Assembly: GCA_000091165.1 (NCBI GenBank)
Contig: FP565575.1
Location: 180,001-212,000, forward strand
From: Candidatus Methylomirabilis oxygeniifera
Lineage (GTDB): Bacteria; Methylomirabilota; Methylomirabilia; Methylomirabilales; Methylomirabilaceae
Length of the DNA: 32,000 nt
Reading direction: 5' to 3'
The stretch's first letter is position 1; every line of letters begins with the position of its first letter. The translations under genes and the position numbers were made by a program. Of the stretch, positions 19,407 through 29,618 are shown one piece after another. Under the pieces are notes generated by a model that saw only the letters and a program-made list of their open reading frames with translations, made no database searches and was not told where the DNA came from.

Positions 19407-20729
19407 TTACGCCTTAATGACCTTGTCTGGGGGGAATCCCTTGAAGGCGTTTCGCGTATCCACAATGAGCCGGGCGTGGCGACCGATCAACTCAAGGTCA
19501 AATGCCGAGTGGTGTGTTGCCAGGATGACCAGATCCTGCGCCTGGAGGGTCTCAGCCGTCAGGGGGATGGCGGTCAGATCGAGATCAGGATAGTGACGAT
19601 GACCGTAGCACCGTGGGACGTGGGGATCTGAGTAATTCACCTGAGCGCCCTGTTGCCGAAGCAACGTCAGGATCTCCAGGGCGGGGCTCTCTCGTTGATC
19701 ATCAATATTCGGCTTGTATGCCACCCCCAGGACCAGAACCTTGGCGCCGTTCAGCGACTTGCCTCTCTTGTTCAGCGCTTCCACAACCTTTCCCACCACC
19801 CAGGTAGGCATAGCGTGATTGATCTCGCCGGCCAGCTCGATAAAGCGGGTGGCCATGCCGTACTCGCGGGCCTTCCAGGTCAGATAGAAGGGATCGATGG
19901 GGATACAGTGCCCGCCAAGGCCCGGTCCGGGATAGAAGGCCTGAAAGCCAAAGGGCTTCGTCGCTGCGGCGGCGATCACTTCCCAGATGTCGATCCCCAT
20001 GCGGTCCGAGAGCATCTTCAGCTCATTCACCAACGCGATGTTGACTGCCCGGTAGATATTCTCCAGAAGCTTGGTCATTTCGGCCGCCTTGGGCGAGGTG
20101 ACCCGGACCACCGTGGGCACAATCGTGGTGTAGAGCGCCTCTCCCAGTTCGCCGCAGGCGTCCGATACCCCGCCGAGAACCTTGGGCATGGTGGCCAACC
20201 CGAACTGCGTATTGCCCGGATCCTCACGCTCCGGTGAGAAGACCAGAAAGAAATCCTCCCCCGCCTTCAGTCCTCTCGCCTCAAAGCGCGGCAGGAGAAG
20301 CTCCTCAGTAGTGCCCGGGTAGGTGGTGCTCTCCAGACAGATGAGCTGACCGACCCGCAGGGTTTGGGCAATGGCGTCCGCCGTCTGCGTGACGTACCGA
20401 AGGTCAGGATTTCGATGACGCGTCAACGGCGTCGGGACACAGATGACCAGCGCGTCGGCCTCCCCAAGGCGGGTGAAGTCAGAGGTGGCTTCAAACCGGC
20501 TCGACCTGGACAGGGAGGCGATCCGATCTGCCGGGAGATGCCGGATATAGCTCTCGCCGGCGGCAAGCCGTTTGACCTTGTGGGGGTCGATGTCGAACCC
20601 CAGCACCCGGAAACCGACCTCCCCAAAGCGCACGACGGCGGGCAGCCCGACATAGCCCAGGCCGATGACGCCCACCGTATAGTTTCGCCGCGCGATGCGA
20701 TCCTTCAGATGCGGGATGCGCGATGTCAT
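19407..20729 (-). CDS. Nucleotide sugar dehydrogenase (UDP-N-acetylglucosamine 6-dehydrogenase-like, WbpA/WecC type)
   Basis: VGVIGLGYVGLPAVVRFGEVGFRVLGFDID; ESTTYPGTTEE; GPGLGGHCIPIDPFYLTWKAREYG; VLGVAYKPNIDDQRESPALEIL. Confidence 0.93.
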   Translation of the reverse strand: MTSRIPHLKDRIARRNYTVGVIGLGYVGLPAVVRFGEVGFRVLGFDIDPHKVKRLAAGESYIRHLPADRIASLSRSSRFEATSDFTRLGEADALVICVPTPLTRHRNPDLRYVTQTADAIAQTLRVGQLICLESTTYPGTTEELLLPRFEARGLKAGEDFFLVFSPEREDPGNTQFGLATMPKVLGGVSDACGELGEALYTTIVPTVVRVTSPKAAEMTKLLENIYRAVNIALVNELKMLSDRMGIDIWEVIAAAATKPFGFQAFYPGPGLGGHCIPIDPFYLTWKAREYGMATRFIELAGEINHAMPTWVVGKVVEALNKRGKSLNGAKVLVLGVAYKPNIDDQRESPALEILTLLRQQGAQVNYSDPHVPRCYGHRHYPDLDLTAIPLTAETLQAQDLVILATHHSAFDLELIGRHARLIVDTRNAFKGFPPDKVIKA

Positions 20730-21088
20730 CGTGTGTCCTTTCCCCTTACGACACGACGGCGATTGCCGGCGCCGTGAAGGCTGAACGACCGCGTCACACG
20801 TGTCCTGAGTATTCCCGACAGAAAATCATCGCAATCAGAGTAGCACCCCGACAATGAGGTCGGCAATGGCGAAGATGCTGTCGGCGACATCAACGAAGTG
20901 TGCGACATATCGATCGACCGGTTCGGCGAAAAATGCTACCACTGGTGATTGCGATCAGGATATACTCACCAGCGAGCCGCATCTCGCGCAGGCGGAGGCC
21001 TGTCCTTGATGCTTCATTCGTGTATCATGTGGGGAAAACCGGCAATATTGCCAATGGCAGGGGTAACCTGGGGAGAGGAGGAAGGGTG

Positions 21089-21649
21089 ATGACTGTTCGA
21101 CTGAAACTCGATGGCGTCATTGGACTCGTGCTGCTGATCGTGATGACCTCGATGGTTGTGGCCGCCCCGGTGTTCGCGAAAGACATGCCCGCATGGAAGG
21201 GCAGCGGGGGGACGCGACCCGTTGACAAGAACGGGTCACCTCGCAGCCAGTCGAAGACATCAAGCTTCTTTCTTGCCCCTGGTGAGGGGGTCATAGGGGG
21301 ATTTACCGCCATACCCATGGGTGACAGCATTGAGGACGCTATACTGGCCGGACGCAATACCTTCTCGACGGCAGAGACGATCGAGTTCGACGGGATTCTG
21401 TTTGATACAGGGATAGCAGGGACCAGCATTGAGTTCTGGGTGTACCTTTTCGATATAAGGGGCCAATTGTTAACCGTTGGGTATTATTTTGATGAAAGCG
21501 CCCCATCGGACAGGACAGCTTTCTATCTTCAAAAGGATGCCGGAACGACTCCGCCGGGTGTGTACAAGTGGCTGATGGAGTTCCATGACACCTTCGGGAA
21601 CTACTTTATCACACCGATCCAAACCTTCGAGGTCGTGGAGGCTTTGTAA
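21089..21649 (+). CDS. Secreted protein of unknown function (186 aa)
   Basis: ATG at 21089 preceded by gaggaggaagg; signal peptide LDGVIGLVLLIVMTSMVVAAPVFAKD; no recognised domain. Confidence 0.65.
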   Translation: MTVRLKLDGVIGLVLLIVMTSMVVAAPVFAKDMPAWKGSGGTRPVDKNGSPRSQSKTSSFFLAPGEGVIGGFTAIPMGDSIEDAILAGRNTFSTAETIEFDGILFDTGIAGTSIEFWVYLFDIRGQLLTVGYYFDESAPSDRTAFYLQKDAGTTPPGVYKWLMEFHDTFGNYFITPIQTFEVVEAL

Positions 21650-21683
21650 TCGCCTTCTCGCCCGTGCCGACTCGCGTGCGTCA

Positions 21684-22829
21684 CTATGAAGTGCGGTCGA
21701 TCGCTGCAGCCTCTAACGTGGCGGCCAGCTCCCCCCAGGAAAAGTGCTGCCGTTGTAGGATGTGTCGGCGAAATGTACTCCCTAAGTCTTCCGTGTAGAA
21801 GCGAATAATCGCCTTCGCCAGCGCGGTTGGGTTGCGCGGCTCGACCAGAAGACCGGTTTCGCCGTCACGGACAGCCTCCGGCAGCCCGCCCACGGCAGTG
21901 GCCAGCACCGGTCGCTCGAAGGCAAAGGCAATCGGGACGATGGCGCTCTGTGTTGCTGATTCGTAGGGGAGGACGACTAAATCGGCTGCGGAGAAGTAGA
22001 GGCTGACCTTGCCGGCAGGGACGAACTGATCTATAATTCTGACCCTGGATTGGAGACCGAGTTCAGAAATGAGCTTGAGGCACTGGTCCTTTCCCTCGTA
22101 AAACTCCCCTACCACCAACAGGGTGCATTCCATCTCCTTCAGAACCAGGGGGAGGGCTTGGATGAGGGACGGAAGCCCTTTGTACTGTCGTATGAGACCG
22201 AAAAAGAGAAGAAGGTTGCCTGAAAAGCCAAGGCTGGATTTGGCCTCCTCCCTGTTGAGCGGAGTTCCATATCCTTGGGCGGGGGGCTGGGGGATCAGAT
22301 AGACCGGTCCGTCAAGGCCGAGTTCCGTCAGGCGCTGCCTGTCAGTTTCAGAATGGACGACCCAAGCCTGTCCTTGACTCAGCGCCAGGCGGGTGAGCGC
22401 CGTTGCCGCCGGGAACGGCTCGTGTGGCAAGACGTTGTGACAGATAAACACGACCCGCGTATTGCGGGATCGCCGCCTGACCATGCGAATTGTCGTCCCG
22501 AGGCAGGGGGCAAAGAAGGGATGCCACCAGTGGACAACCACGAGGTCCGGTGTCTCATGACTGATATATCCGGCAACCTGTAACCAGTTGAAGGGGTTGA
22601 TGGAGTCCAACATAGGGATCGGGAGCCGCCGAACCTCATCCTGGCACAGAGGCGCAGGTGGATCCGGATCAAACTGAGTCCGGCCAGGGAAGATGAAAGA
22701 CGGATACTGGCGACAAAAGGAGAGCGGAGTTATCTGATGAGTCTTGCTCAATTCATGACAAAGCTGGGTATTGTAGTGGGCAATCCCGCCCCTGAGGGGG
22801 GGCGCCGGACCGATCACGAATATTTTCAT
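21684..22829 (-). CDS. Glycosyltransferase family 4
   Basis: MKIFVIGPAPPLRGGIAHYNTQLCHEL; VVLPYESATQSAIVPIAFAFERPVLATAVGGLPEAV. ORF opens at 22889, internal Met fits better. Confidence 0.92.
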   Translation of the reverse strand: MKIFVIGPAPPLRGGIAHYNTQLCHELSKTHQITPLSFCRQYPSFIFPGRTQFDPDPPAPLCQDEVRRLPIPMLDSINPFNWLQVAGYISHETPDLVVVHWWHPFFAPCLGTTIRMVRRRSRNTRVVFICHNVLPHEPFPAATALTRLALSQGQAWVVHSETDRQRLTELGLDGPVYLIPQPPAQGYGTPLNREEAKSSLGFSGNLLLFFGLIRQYKGLPSLIQALPLVLKEMECTLLVVGEFYEGKDQCLKLISELGLQSRVRIIDQFVPAGKVSLYFSAADLVVLPYESATQSAIVPIAFAFERPVLATAVGGLPEAVRDGETGLLVEPRNPTALAKAIIRFYTEDLGSTFRRHILQRQHFSWGELAATLEAAAIDRTS

Positions 22830-22880
22830 GGTACGGGAAGTATACCGCCTCTGCGCAGATCGGGAAAGTGTAAGCGTTTC

Positions 22881-24662
22881 ATGTCGCATCTATTCCCGAC
22901 TGTCATCTTTGCTGTTCTTGCGCTGGTGTGGCACCCTGCCTTCGCTGACGCCCAGGTGTATGTGGCGAATAGCGGCTCCGGGACGGTCTCGGTCCTGAGC
23001 ACCCCGGATCATGCCCTGATCGCCGAGATCCCTGTTGGGGCCCTGCCTTCGCGGATCGCGGTGACACCGGATGGGGCGTTCGTGTATGTCACGAATGAAA
23101 ATAGCGGGACCATGTCGAAGATCAGCGCGGCGAGCAACAGTGCTGTAGCCACGATCTCGGTCGGCGCCCTGCCGAAGGGAGTGGCGATCAGCGCGGACGG
23201 ATTGTCCGTGTTCGTCATCGCAGACAGTATGTTGAAACAGTTTCACGTTGCCACGGATGCACCCGTCAGGGCGTATTCGCTTCCTATCGGGGTGCCGGTT
23301 GATGTGGCTCTATCGCCGGATGGGACGTTCGCCTATGTCGTTGATAAGAATCAGAATATCTGTTCGGTCTACCCCATCAATCTGACGACTGGGGCGGTTA
23401 TAACCAGTACGGAGTGCGCGAACGGGGTGTCGATCGGGGCGATAGGCGGAAGCTACCCAGTGACTCTCGCCATCCGCCCCGATGGGCAGTTTGTCTACGT
23501 CACAACGCCCCAGGATGGGGCCATGCAGGTTGTTCGGCTCTCCGATAATATTCGCGTTGGCGGAGGGTGTGCCATGGGTCCCGGCCCATTAGGCTGTGCT
23601 CTTGGTGGCCCGAACAGCGTGGCAGTATCCGCGGACGGAGGATTCGCCTTCACGGCCAACTCCAACAACAAGACTGTCAGCATCTTCGCCATTGACCAGG
23701 TCAGCGGCCTTCCGGCGGTTCCTGTCCGTGTGGCGCTGCCAACGAAACCCTCCTATCTCGATGTCACCCCGGACGGCACGCGCCTGTATGTAAGCCACGG
23801 GTCCAATTCGGTCTCCGTCATCGACCTGACGTCCAATCCACCCGCGCTGACCGGCACATTGACCGTCGGTAACGGTCCGCTCGGCGTAGCAGTATCGCCG
23901 CTCGCCTCCGGCGGGGGCGGGGGCGGGGGCGACCCCCAGACCCTCTCGGTAACTCCCGCCAGCCTTACCTTTACCGGAGAGCAGGGCCTCGGCGATCCGG
24001 CCGCGCAAGCGGTCCAGGTGGGCGCCAGTGGAATGACGGCCCTATCATGGAGTCTGGCCGCAACCGGACAGGACCCTGGCGCCGGATCCTGGCTGAAGGC
24101 CGATCTGCTCGCAGGCACAGCCCCTCCGACCGGTTCCGTACAGATCTCGGCGGGTACCTGCGGGCTTGCAGCCGGAACCTATCTTGGAACGATCAGCGTA
24201 GCCTCGGGCCAGGCAAGCAACAGCCCGCAGTCGATCCCGGTCTCGCTGACCGTGGCCGCACCGGCCGGACTGTTGGCTGCGCCCTCGGTGAGGGTCTGCG
24301 CCGATCGCCAGACCTATCAACCCGGGCAGGCGCTGGAAATCAGGGTCTCGCTGCGTCAAGGGGTGTCGTCCAATTCTGGAGATGCCTATCTCTTTGCCGG
24401 TATTCCTGGTGACGTAAACTTTGTGTCGCTGGTGTGGTCTGAGCAGGGGATAGGCGTGAATTACGGCCCGGCGCCGGTTCCGTTCGGAACGAATTTTCAA
24501 GTAGCCGATTTCTCCGGGTTGATCTTTGAGCGGGTATTTGACGCCTCCGATCCGCAGGGGACCTATGACCTCCAGGCGATCCTGGCTGTGGCGGGCAGCG
24601 ATCCGACAATAGAAGCGAATCGACTGGCTGCCTCAACGATCAATTTCAGCGTGACGCCGTAA
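22881..24662 (+). CDS. Secreted YVTN/YncE-type beta-propeller protein with C-terminal Ig/BACON-like region
   Basis: Signal peptide, repeated VYVANSGSGTVSVLSTPDHALIAEIPVGALPSRIAVTPDGAFVYVTNENSGTMSKI; glycine linker SGGGGGGGDPQ; LSVTPASLTFTGEQG... Confidence 0.85.
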   Translation: MSHLFPTVIFAVLALVWHPAFADAQVYVANSGSGTVSVLSTPDHALIAEIPVGALPSRIAVTPDGAFVYVTNENSGTMSKISAASNSAVATISVGALPKGVAISADGLSVFVIADSMLKQFHVATDAPVRAYSLPIGVPVDVALSPDGTFAYVVDKNQNICSVYPINLTTGAVITSTECANGVSIGAIGGSYPVTLAIRPDGQFVYVTTPQDGAMQVVRLSDNIRVGGGCAMGPGPLGCALGGPNSVAVSADGGFAFTANSNNKTVSIFAIDQVSGLPAVPVRVALPTKPSYLDVTPDGTRLYVSHGSNSVSVIDLTSNPPALTGTLTVGNGPLGVAVSPLASGGGGGGGDPQTLSVTPASLTFTGEQGLGDPAAQAVQVGASGMTALSWSLAATGQDPGAGSWLKADLLAGTAPPTGSVQISAGTCGLAAGTYLGTISVASGQASNSPQSIPVSLTVAAPAGLLAAPSVRVCADRQTYQPGQALEIRVSLRQGVSSNSGDAYLFAGIPGDVNFVSLVWSEQGIGVNYGPAPVPFGTNFQVADFSGLIFERVFDASDPQGTYDLQAILAVAGSDPTIEANRLAASTINFSVTP

Positions 24663-24746
24663 GTGATCTCGTGAATGTGTGCCGTTGGATCATACTTATC
24701 CAACATAAGATTCTTGAAGGACCGGATGTGGACAACATTGTTAAAA

Positions 24747-25015
24747 TCTCCCCTCGCCCCTCTTTTCCAAAGAGGGGTATTCACCATATTTCCCCCTTTC
24801 GCAAAGGGGGGGTAAGGGGGGATTTGAACGATCAGAAAAACCCCCTCAATCCCCCTTTGCAAAAGGGGGAGAAGAAGTAGATGTGCAAGCATGTGGTCCC
24901 CCCTTGCCTGCCAAAGGGGGAGAAGAGGTAGCAGGTGGTCCCCCCCTTTGGAAAAGGGGGGCTAGGGGGGTTTTCCCTTTGCTGAAGAGGGAGAAAGGGT
25001 AGGGGGAGGGGATTT
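24747..25015. repeat. Tandem cluster of C/G-run palindromic repeats
   Basis: Several units such as aaaccccctcaatccccctttgcaaaagggggagaagaagtagatgt and ggtcccccccctttggaaaaggggggctaggggggtttt. Confidence 0.9.
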
Positions 25016-25174
25016 CCGATTCCTACCTGCTTGTGCGTATCTGTAACGCAGACAGGTTCATTCACGCTAATTCCAGAAGAACCATAATTTATAGCCTTCA
25101 ATATTTAGCCTAAACACCTGAGTCGTGACGAGTCATCGACAATACACAATAACTGAAATGGAGGTAATGCCTAC

Positions 25175-26698
25175 ATGAGGATCCACCGTGGCTGGTGTTG
25201 GCGGCTGATCGCTCTTGCGCTTCTTGGAGGTCTGACCGCTTGCGCCATGATCAGGGAACCATCGCCGGCCCCCTCTGCAGGGACTGTTCGAAGGCCGCGT
25301 CCTGCAACACCCCAGGAGCCGCAGGCGCCGGGTTTCTTTTCGCCGCTGCTGACCTTTGGGGGGGATAATGAACTCTATCTGATGTGGGCGTCGGGCACGC
25401 TGTATAAGAAGCAGAACGATATCCATTTCTCCCGATCCGTAGACGATGGGCTGACATGGGATGCGCACAAATCCCTCAAGGCGGATCCGACGCGTAATAC
25501 AGGGGGAAGACAGATTGTGGCCGATCGGAACGGGAATGTCATGGCCTTCTGGGGGGCCGGGCTGCGGACAGGCAACATCGATGTGGTGGCGGCGCGCTCG
25601 GAAGATCATGGCGCCAATTGGACTCCGCCTCAAGGTCTCTATAAGGGCGAGATCCATGTTCCCAGTCTCATCACCGGACCGAACGGGGAGTATGTCAGCA
25701 TCATTCCGGAGGGCCCGGAATCGAATTGGAGGCTGGTGTTCTTCCGTTCGGTCGATGGCGGAAAGATCTGGGAACAGCTCCCAACACTGAACGGTACACT
25801 CGGGACGGATTCTCAATTCGGGATTCGATCGTCACAGATCGTTGCCGACCGTAATGGCCGGCTCCATGTCGTCTGGCAGGAGCGTGGGCGCGGACAAAGA
25901 GAACGAATCTATTACAACAGGCTCGAGTCGGCGAACGCGCACGGGGCATGGCTGCCTGAGGCCGTTCAATTAAGCGCGGGAGAAGCCGACTCCTCCGGGG
26001 CCTATCGTCCTCAGATCAGTGTCGATGCGGACGGTCATCTCTTCGTGGCGTGGGTGGAGGCATGGGACCCCGGTAACGCCGCTCTTGGTGAGGGACAGCA
26101 CCCGCAGTCGGTCTACTTTACGCGATCGATGGATGGAGGGCGAACCTGGCTCGCACAGCCGATTCGACTGAGTCGAACGGGACCGGAAGCTCTCCGCCAC
26201 GTGGCGACCCACGTTGAGGTAGCCAATGATGGGAAGGGCCGGATCTATGTCGCATGGCGAGAGGAGGTCGGTTTTCCCAGAGTGGAACGGCTGGTCTTCC
26301 AAGGGTCCACGGACTATGGGGCGACGTGGATCTCTGAACCTCGATCCCTGCGTGAGATCAAACCCTTCCCCGCCATCCACGCGCGGTTCCATCTGAAGAG
26401 CGGCGAGAACGGCCGTGTCTACCTTCTCTGGCAGATGGCGGGTTTTGCCTGGGATCTGTTCTTTATGCAATCGACTGATGGGGGGATGACGTGGTCGAAG
26501 GCGCCGATCCGCCTGGCCACCCTGCCGCAGACCGACCCCGGCGCCCATGATGTGGCCTTTGAGACGAGAGGATCACACCTGTATGTGGCCTGGGACATCG
26601 GGCCGAAGCTTCCGAGCGAGATCTTTGTGAATCGTTCAACCGATTTTGGCAGGACATGGCTGACCCGAGAGGTGCAGGTCACCAAGCGAGAACCGTGA
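25175..26698 (+). CDS. BNR/Asp-box repeat (sialidase-fold) lipoprotein
   Basis: Lipobox LLGGLTAC; about seven Asp-boxes (SVDDGLTW, SEDHGANW, SVDGGKIW, SMDGGRTW, STDYGATW, STDGGMTW, STDFGRTW). Confidence 0.88.
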   Translation: MRIHRGWCWRLIALALLGGLTACAMIREPSPAPSAGTVRRPRPATPQEPQAPGFFSPLLTFGGDNELYLMWASGTLYKKQNDIHFSRSVDDGLTWDAHKSLKADPTRNTGGRQIVADRNGNVMAFWGAGLRTGNIDVVAARSEDHGANWTPPQGLYKGEIHVPSLITGPNGEYVSIIPEGPESNWRLVFFRSVDGGKIWEQLPTLNGTLGTDSQFGIRSSQIVADRNGRLHVVWQERGRGQRERIYYNRLESANAHGAWLPEAVQLSAGEADSSGAYRPQISVDADGHLFVAWVEAWDPGNAALGEGQHPQSVYFTRSMDGGRTWLAQPIRLSRTGPEALRHVATHVEVANDGKGRIYVAWREEVGFPRVERLVFQGSTDYGATWISEPRSLREIKPFPAIHARFHLKSGENGRVYLLWQMAGFAWDLFFMQSTDGGMTWSKAPIRLATLPQTDPGAHDVAFETRGSHLYVAWDIGPKLPSEIFVNRSTDFGRTWLTREVQVTKREP

Positions 26699-27450
26699 AG
26701 GCCGGTCAGACCGATCCGAAAACCCGCCGCCACAAGCCTGCGGCCGCGCTGTCGAACCGAGGATTCCATGATCGCGAGTGGTGGCCGGTTCTTGTCATCG
26801 TCGTAGTGACGGGCATAGTGTATGCCAATGCCTTTCAGAATGAGTTTCTCTTCGATGATCTTCAGACCATTGTGGAACTCCAGCAAGGAGGAGGGAAGGG
26901 GGCCTTCGCCGACGTCGTAGAGCTACTGCGTGGTCGGCCGTCGTATCGACCCGTCAGAACCGCCTCCTATGCGTTCGACTATGCCCTTTCAGGGCTTGAG
27001 CCGTGGGGGTATCATCTGACCAATATCGTCTACCACACGCTGACGGCGGTATTCGTGTACCTGACGGCCAGGTCTGTGTTTGGCCGGGTCCGCCCGGCGC
27101 TCCTGACGGCCCTGCTGTTCGCGATCCACCCCATCCAGACGGATGCTGTAACCTACATGTCCGGCCGCCGCGATGTCCTCTCCGGCCTGTTCGTTCTGGC
27201 CGGTTTCTATCTTTACGTGCGATATCGGACAACAGGCCGTATCTGGTATCTTGCGGCCGTACTTCCGGTATATGTGCTGGGCTTCTTTTCCAAGGAGAGC
27301 GGGATCATCCTGCCGGCCCTCTGCGTGGCGTACGATGTCTTCAGACATCTGACTCGGGAGGAACACCATGAGGCGGAGGCGGCCTACGGCGTACGAAACC
27401 CCCCTAACCCCCCTTTCGCAAAGGGGGGCCACGGGGGGGGATTTGGCTAA
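26695..27450 (+). pseudogene. 5' half of a TMTC-like membrane glycosyltransferase/TPR gene, interrupted at 3' end by a palindromic repeat
   Basis: FDDLQTIVE..., YRPVRTASYAFDYALSGLEPWGYHLTNIVYHTLTAVFVY, HPIQTDAVTYMSGRRDVLSGLF, GFFSKESGIILPAL; the last residues NPPNPPFAKGGHGGGFG are repeat-encoded. Confidence 0.8.
27396..27444. repeat. C/G-run palindromic repeat inside the TMTC-like gene
   Basis: aaacccccctaacccccctttcgcaaaggggggccacgggggggattt-type unit, matching intergenic copies. Confidence 0.85.
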
Positions 27451-27500
27451 TAGACTTTTCTAAGGTATGGACAGGGCAGAAGCCGGCGCCGTTCGGAAAC

Positions 27501-28631
27501 GTGTGGGCGGCGATCAGGGGGGCCGTGTGGGAGTCCAGGTGGCTGTACCTGCCGATGGCTGCCATCGGGGGCGGCCTTGCGGCATACGTCCTGCTGCTGG
27601 TGCGCGGAACCTGGCAACAGGATTATCACGGCGGAAGCCTGTGGTTTACGCTGCTGACGATGGCGAGGGTCTTCTCGTATTATCTCAGGCTTCTCATTCT
27701 TCCCGTAAATCTGAATGCCGACTACTCCTACAATGCCTTTCCTGTCACCACCTCGTGGGCTGACCCGAGCGCAGGACTGGCTGTGCTGTTTCTCGCCGGC
27801 CTGTGGTACGCGATCCTGGTCTGCGCCAGAATCAGGCCGGTAGCCGCGTTTGGGGGCGCCTGGTTTTTTCTAGCGTTGCTGCCGGTGTCGCAGATTATTC
27901 CGCATCACGAGATGGTGGCTGAGCACTACGTGTACGTTCCATCGGTCGGGTTTGCCGTGGCCGTGGCGGGGCTGTTCGATCCCTTGCTGGATGATCCTCT
28001 CCGCCGCCGGGTCCTGTACCCGGCAGGCCTGCTTGTACTCATGCTGCTTTCAGTCAGGACGGTATGGCGGAACTTCGATTGGCGGGACGAGTTGACGCTG
28101 TGGCGGAAGACTGTGCAGACCGCGCCGGATTCGGCGAGGGCGCGGAACAATCTGGGTGGGGCATATCTTCGGTCCGGTCAACCGACATTGGCCGAGACGC
28201 ACCTCGAGGCCGCCCTGCGCATCAGGCCCGACTTCGCCTCGGCCAGGGCCAACATGGGGAAGCTGTATATGGACCGTGGAGATCTTGATATGGCCGAACG
28301 TGAACTGAATACCGCATTGATACTGAAGCAGCGCGACGCGATACCGCGTTTATGGCTGGGCGTCGTCCAGGCCCGTAAGGGTGAGATCGCCGCAGCCGAA
28401 GCCCAGTTTCGAACGACGATGGACACATTCCCGTACGGAGCGTATGCGTACAACAACATGGGAGTGCTGTTTGTCCGGACCGGTCGGCTTGCTGAGGCTG
28501 AGTCGCTTTTCCGTGAGGCGTTGCGGCTGATGCCGGAGCTGACCGAGGCCAGGGATAATCTGGCGCGCTTATCTCGGATCGACGGCTCAGGCATTCCTCC
28601 GGTCGGACCAGGGATGGCGGGCACGCCGTGA
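27501..28631 (+). pseudogene. 3' half of the same TMTC-like gene: membrane segments plus TPR repeats
   Basis: SQIIPHHEMVAEHYVYVPSVGFAVAVAG; TPR units YLRSGQPTLAETHLEAALRIRPDFASARANMGKLYMDRGDLDMAERELNTAL. Different frame from 26695..27450; open frame extends upstream to the repeat. Confidence 0.8.
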
Positions 28632-29569
28632 CAGAGCAGGTCAAGCCGCTGATATCCGTAATCGTCCCTCTCTACAACGAAGCGGAAAGCGTGCCGGAAC
28701 TCTATTCCGAGCTGGCCGAGGCGCTGAGGCCGCACTCAGATCGATGTGAAATGATATTCGTCGACGATGGCAGTCGTGATGGGTCGTGTGAAAGACTCCA
28801 GGCGATCCGGGAAACGGATGCGCGGGTCAAGATCGTTCGGTTACGTGTCAACCAGGGCAAGTCGACGGCATTGCAGGCCGGTTTCAGGGAGGCCGAAGGG
28901 CAAATCATTGTCACGCTTGATGCCGATCTGCAGGATGATCCAAAAGAGATTCCAAGGTTTCTTCAGAAGCTTGAAGAAGGGTTCGATCTTGTATCCGGCT
29001 GGAAGGTGAAGCGCTACGATCCGTGGTTCCGCCGGTTTCTTTCCGCTATCTTCAACCGGATAACCTCACGGTTTACCGGTGTCAGGCTGCACGATTTCAA
29101 CTGCGGTTATAAGGCCTACCGGCGAGCAGTCATAGGCGAATTGCGCCTGTACGGGGAGTTGCACCGCTTTATTCCGGTGCTGGCAAGCTGGCGGGGTTTC
29201 AGGATCGGTGAGATCGAGGTCGCCCACCGCGCGCGGCGCTACGGTCTGTCCAGGTATGGGATAGAGCGGATACCCAGAGGGTTCTTCGACCTGCTGACCG
29301 TGCTGATGCTGACGCGGTATACGACACGCCCCCTGCACTTTTTCGGCTTGGTCGGGGTGCTGGTCGGCTTGATCGGGTTTGGGATTATCGGGTATCTCTC
29401 GATCGGATGGCTGTTCGGCCAGTGGATAGGTGGCCGCCCCCTTTTCATTCTGGGAACGCTGATGGTCATTGGCGGCCTGCAGCTTGTGTCGTTTGGGCTG
29501 TTGGCAGAGATGATCGTCTACGGCTCCACGCGGGAAAGCGATCCCCCCATCGATCTGGTCCTCAAATAA
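28628..29569 (+). CDS. Glycosyltransferase family 2 (dolichol/undecaprenyl-phosphate sugar transferase, ArnC/DPM1-like)
   Basis: ISVIVPLYNEAESVPELYSELAEAL; IFVDDGSRDGSCERL; VTLDADLQDDPKEIPRF; two C-terminal TM segments. Confidence 0.93.
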   Translation: MTEQVKPLISVIVPLYNEAESVPELYSELAEALRPHSDRCEMIFVDDGSRDGSCERLQAIRETDARVKIVRLRVNQGKSTALQAGFREAEGQIIVTLDADLQDDPKEIPRFLQKLEEGFDLVSGWKVKRYDPWFRRFLSAIFNRITSRFTGVRLHDFNCGYKAYRRAVIGELRLYGELHRFIPVLASWRGFRIGEIEVAHRARRYGLSRYGIERIPRGFFDLLTVLMLTRYTTRPLHFFGLVGVLVGLIGFGIIGYLSIGWLFGQWIGGRPLFILGTLMVIGGLQLVSFGLLAEMIVYGSTRESDPPIDLVLK

Positions 29570-29618
29570 CGCAGAGTCAAAGAATAACATGTACATATTC
29601 ATGATCCGAAAAATGCGC

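Noticed and set aside
23914-23940. Glycine-run (ggcggg)n tract in the beta-propeller gene as a phase-variable locus
   Set aside because: Only a short imperfect repeat encoding a flexible linker; no evidence of length variation.
24747-25015. CRISPR array candidate
   Set aside because: Units are irregularly spaced, palindromic and composed of C/G runs; there are no uniform spacers and no cas genes.
28178-28735. Long minus-strand ORF (185 aa) antisense to the TPR gene; similar cases at 7456..8316, 10992..11987, 26419..26886 and 28222..28644
   Set aside because: Each lies opposite a strongly recognisable coding sequence; composition is that of GC-rich antisense readthrough with no domain motifs.
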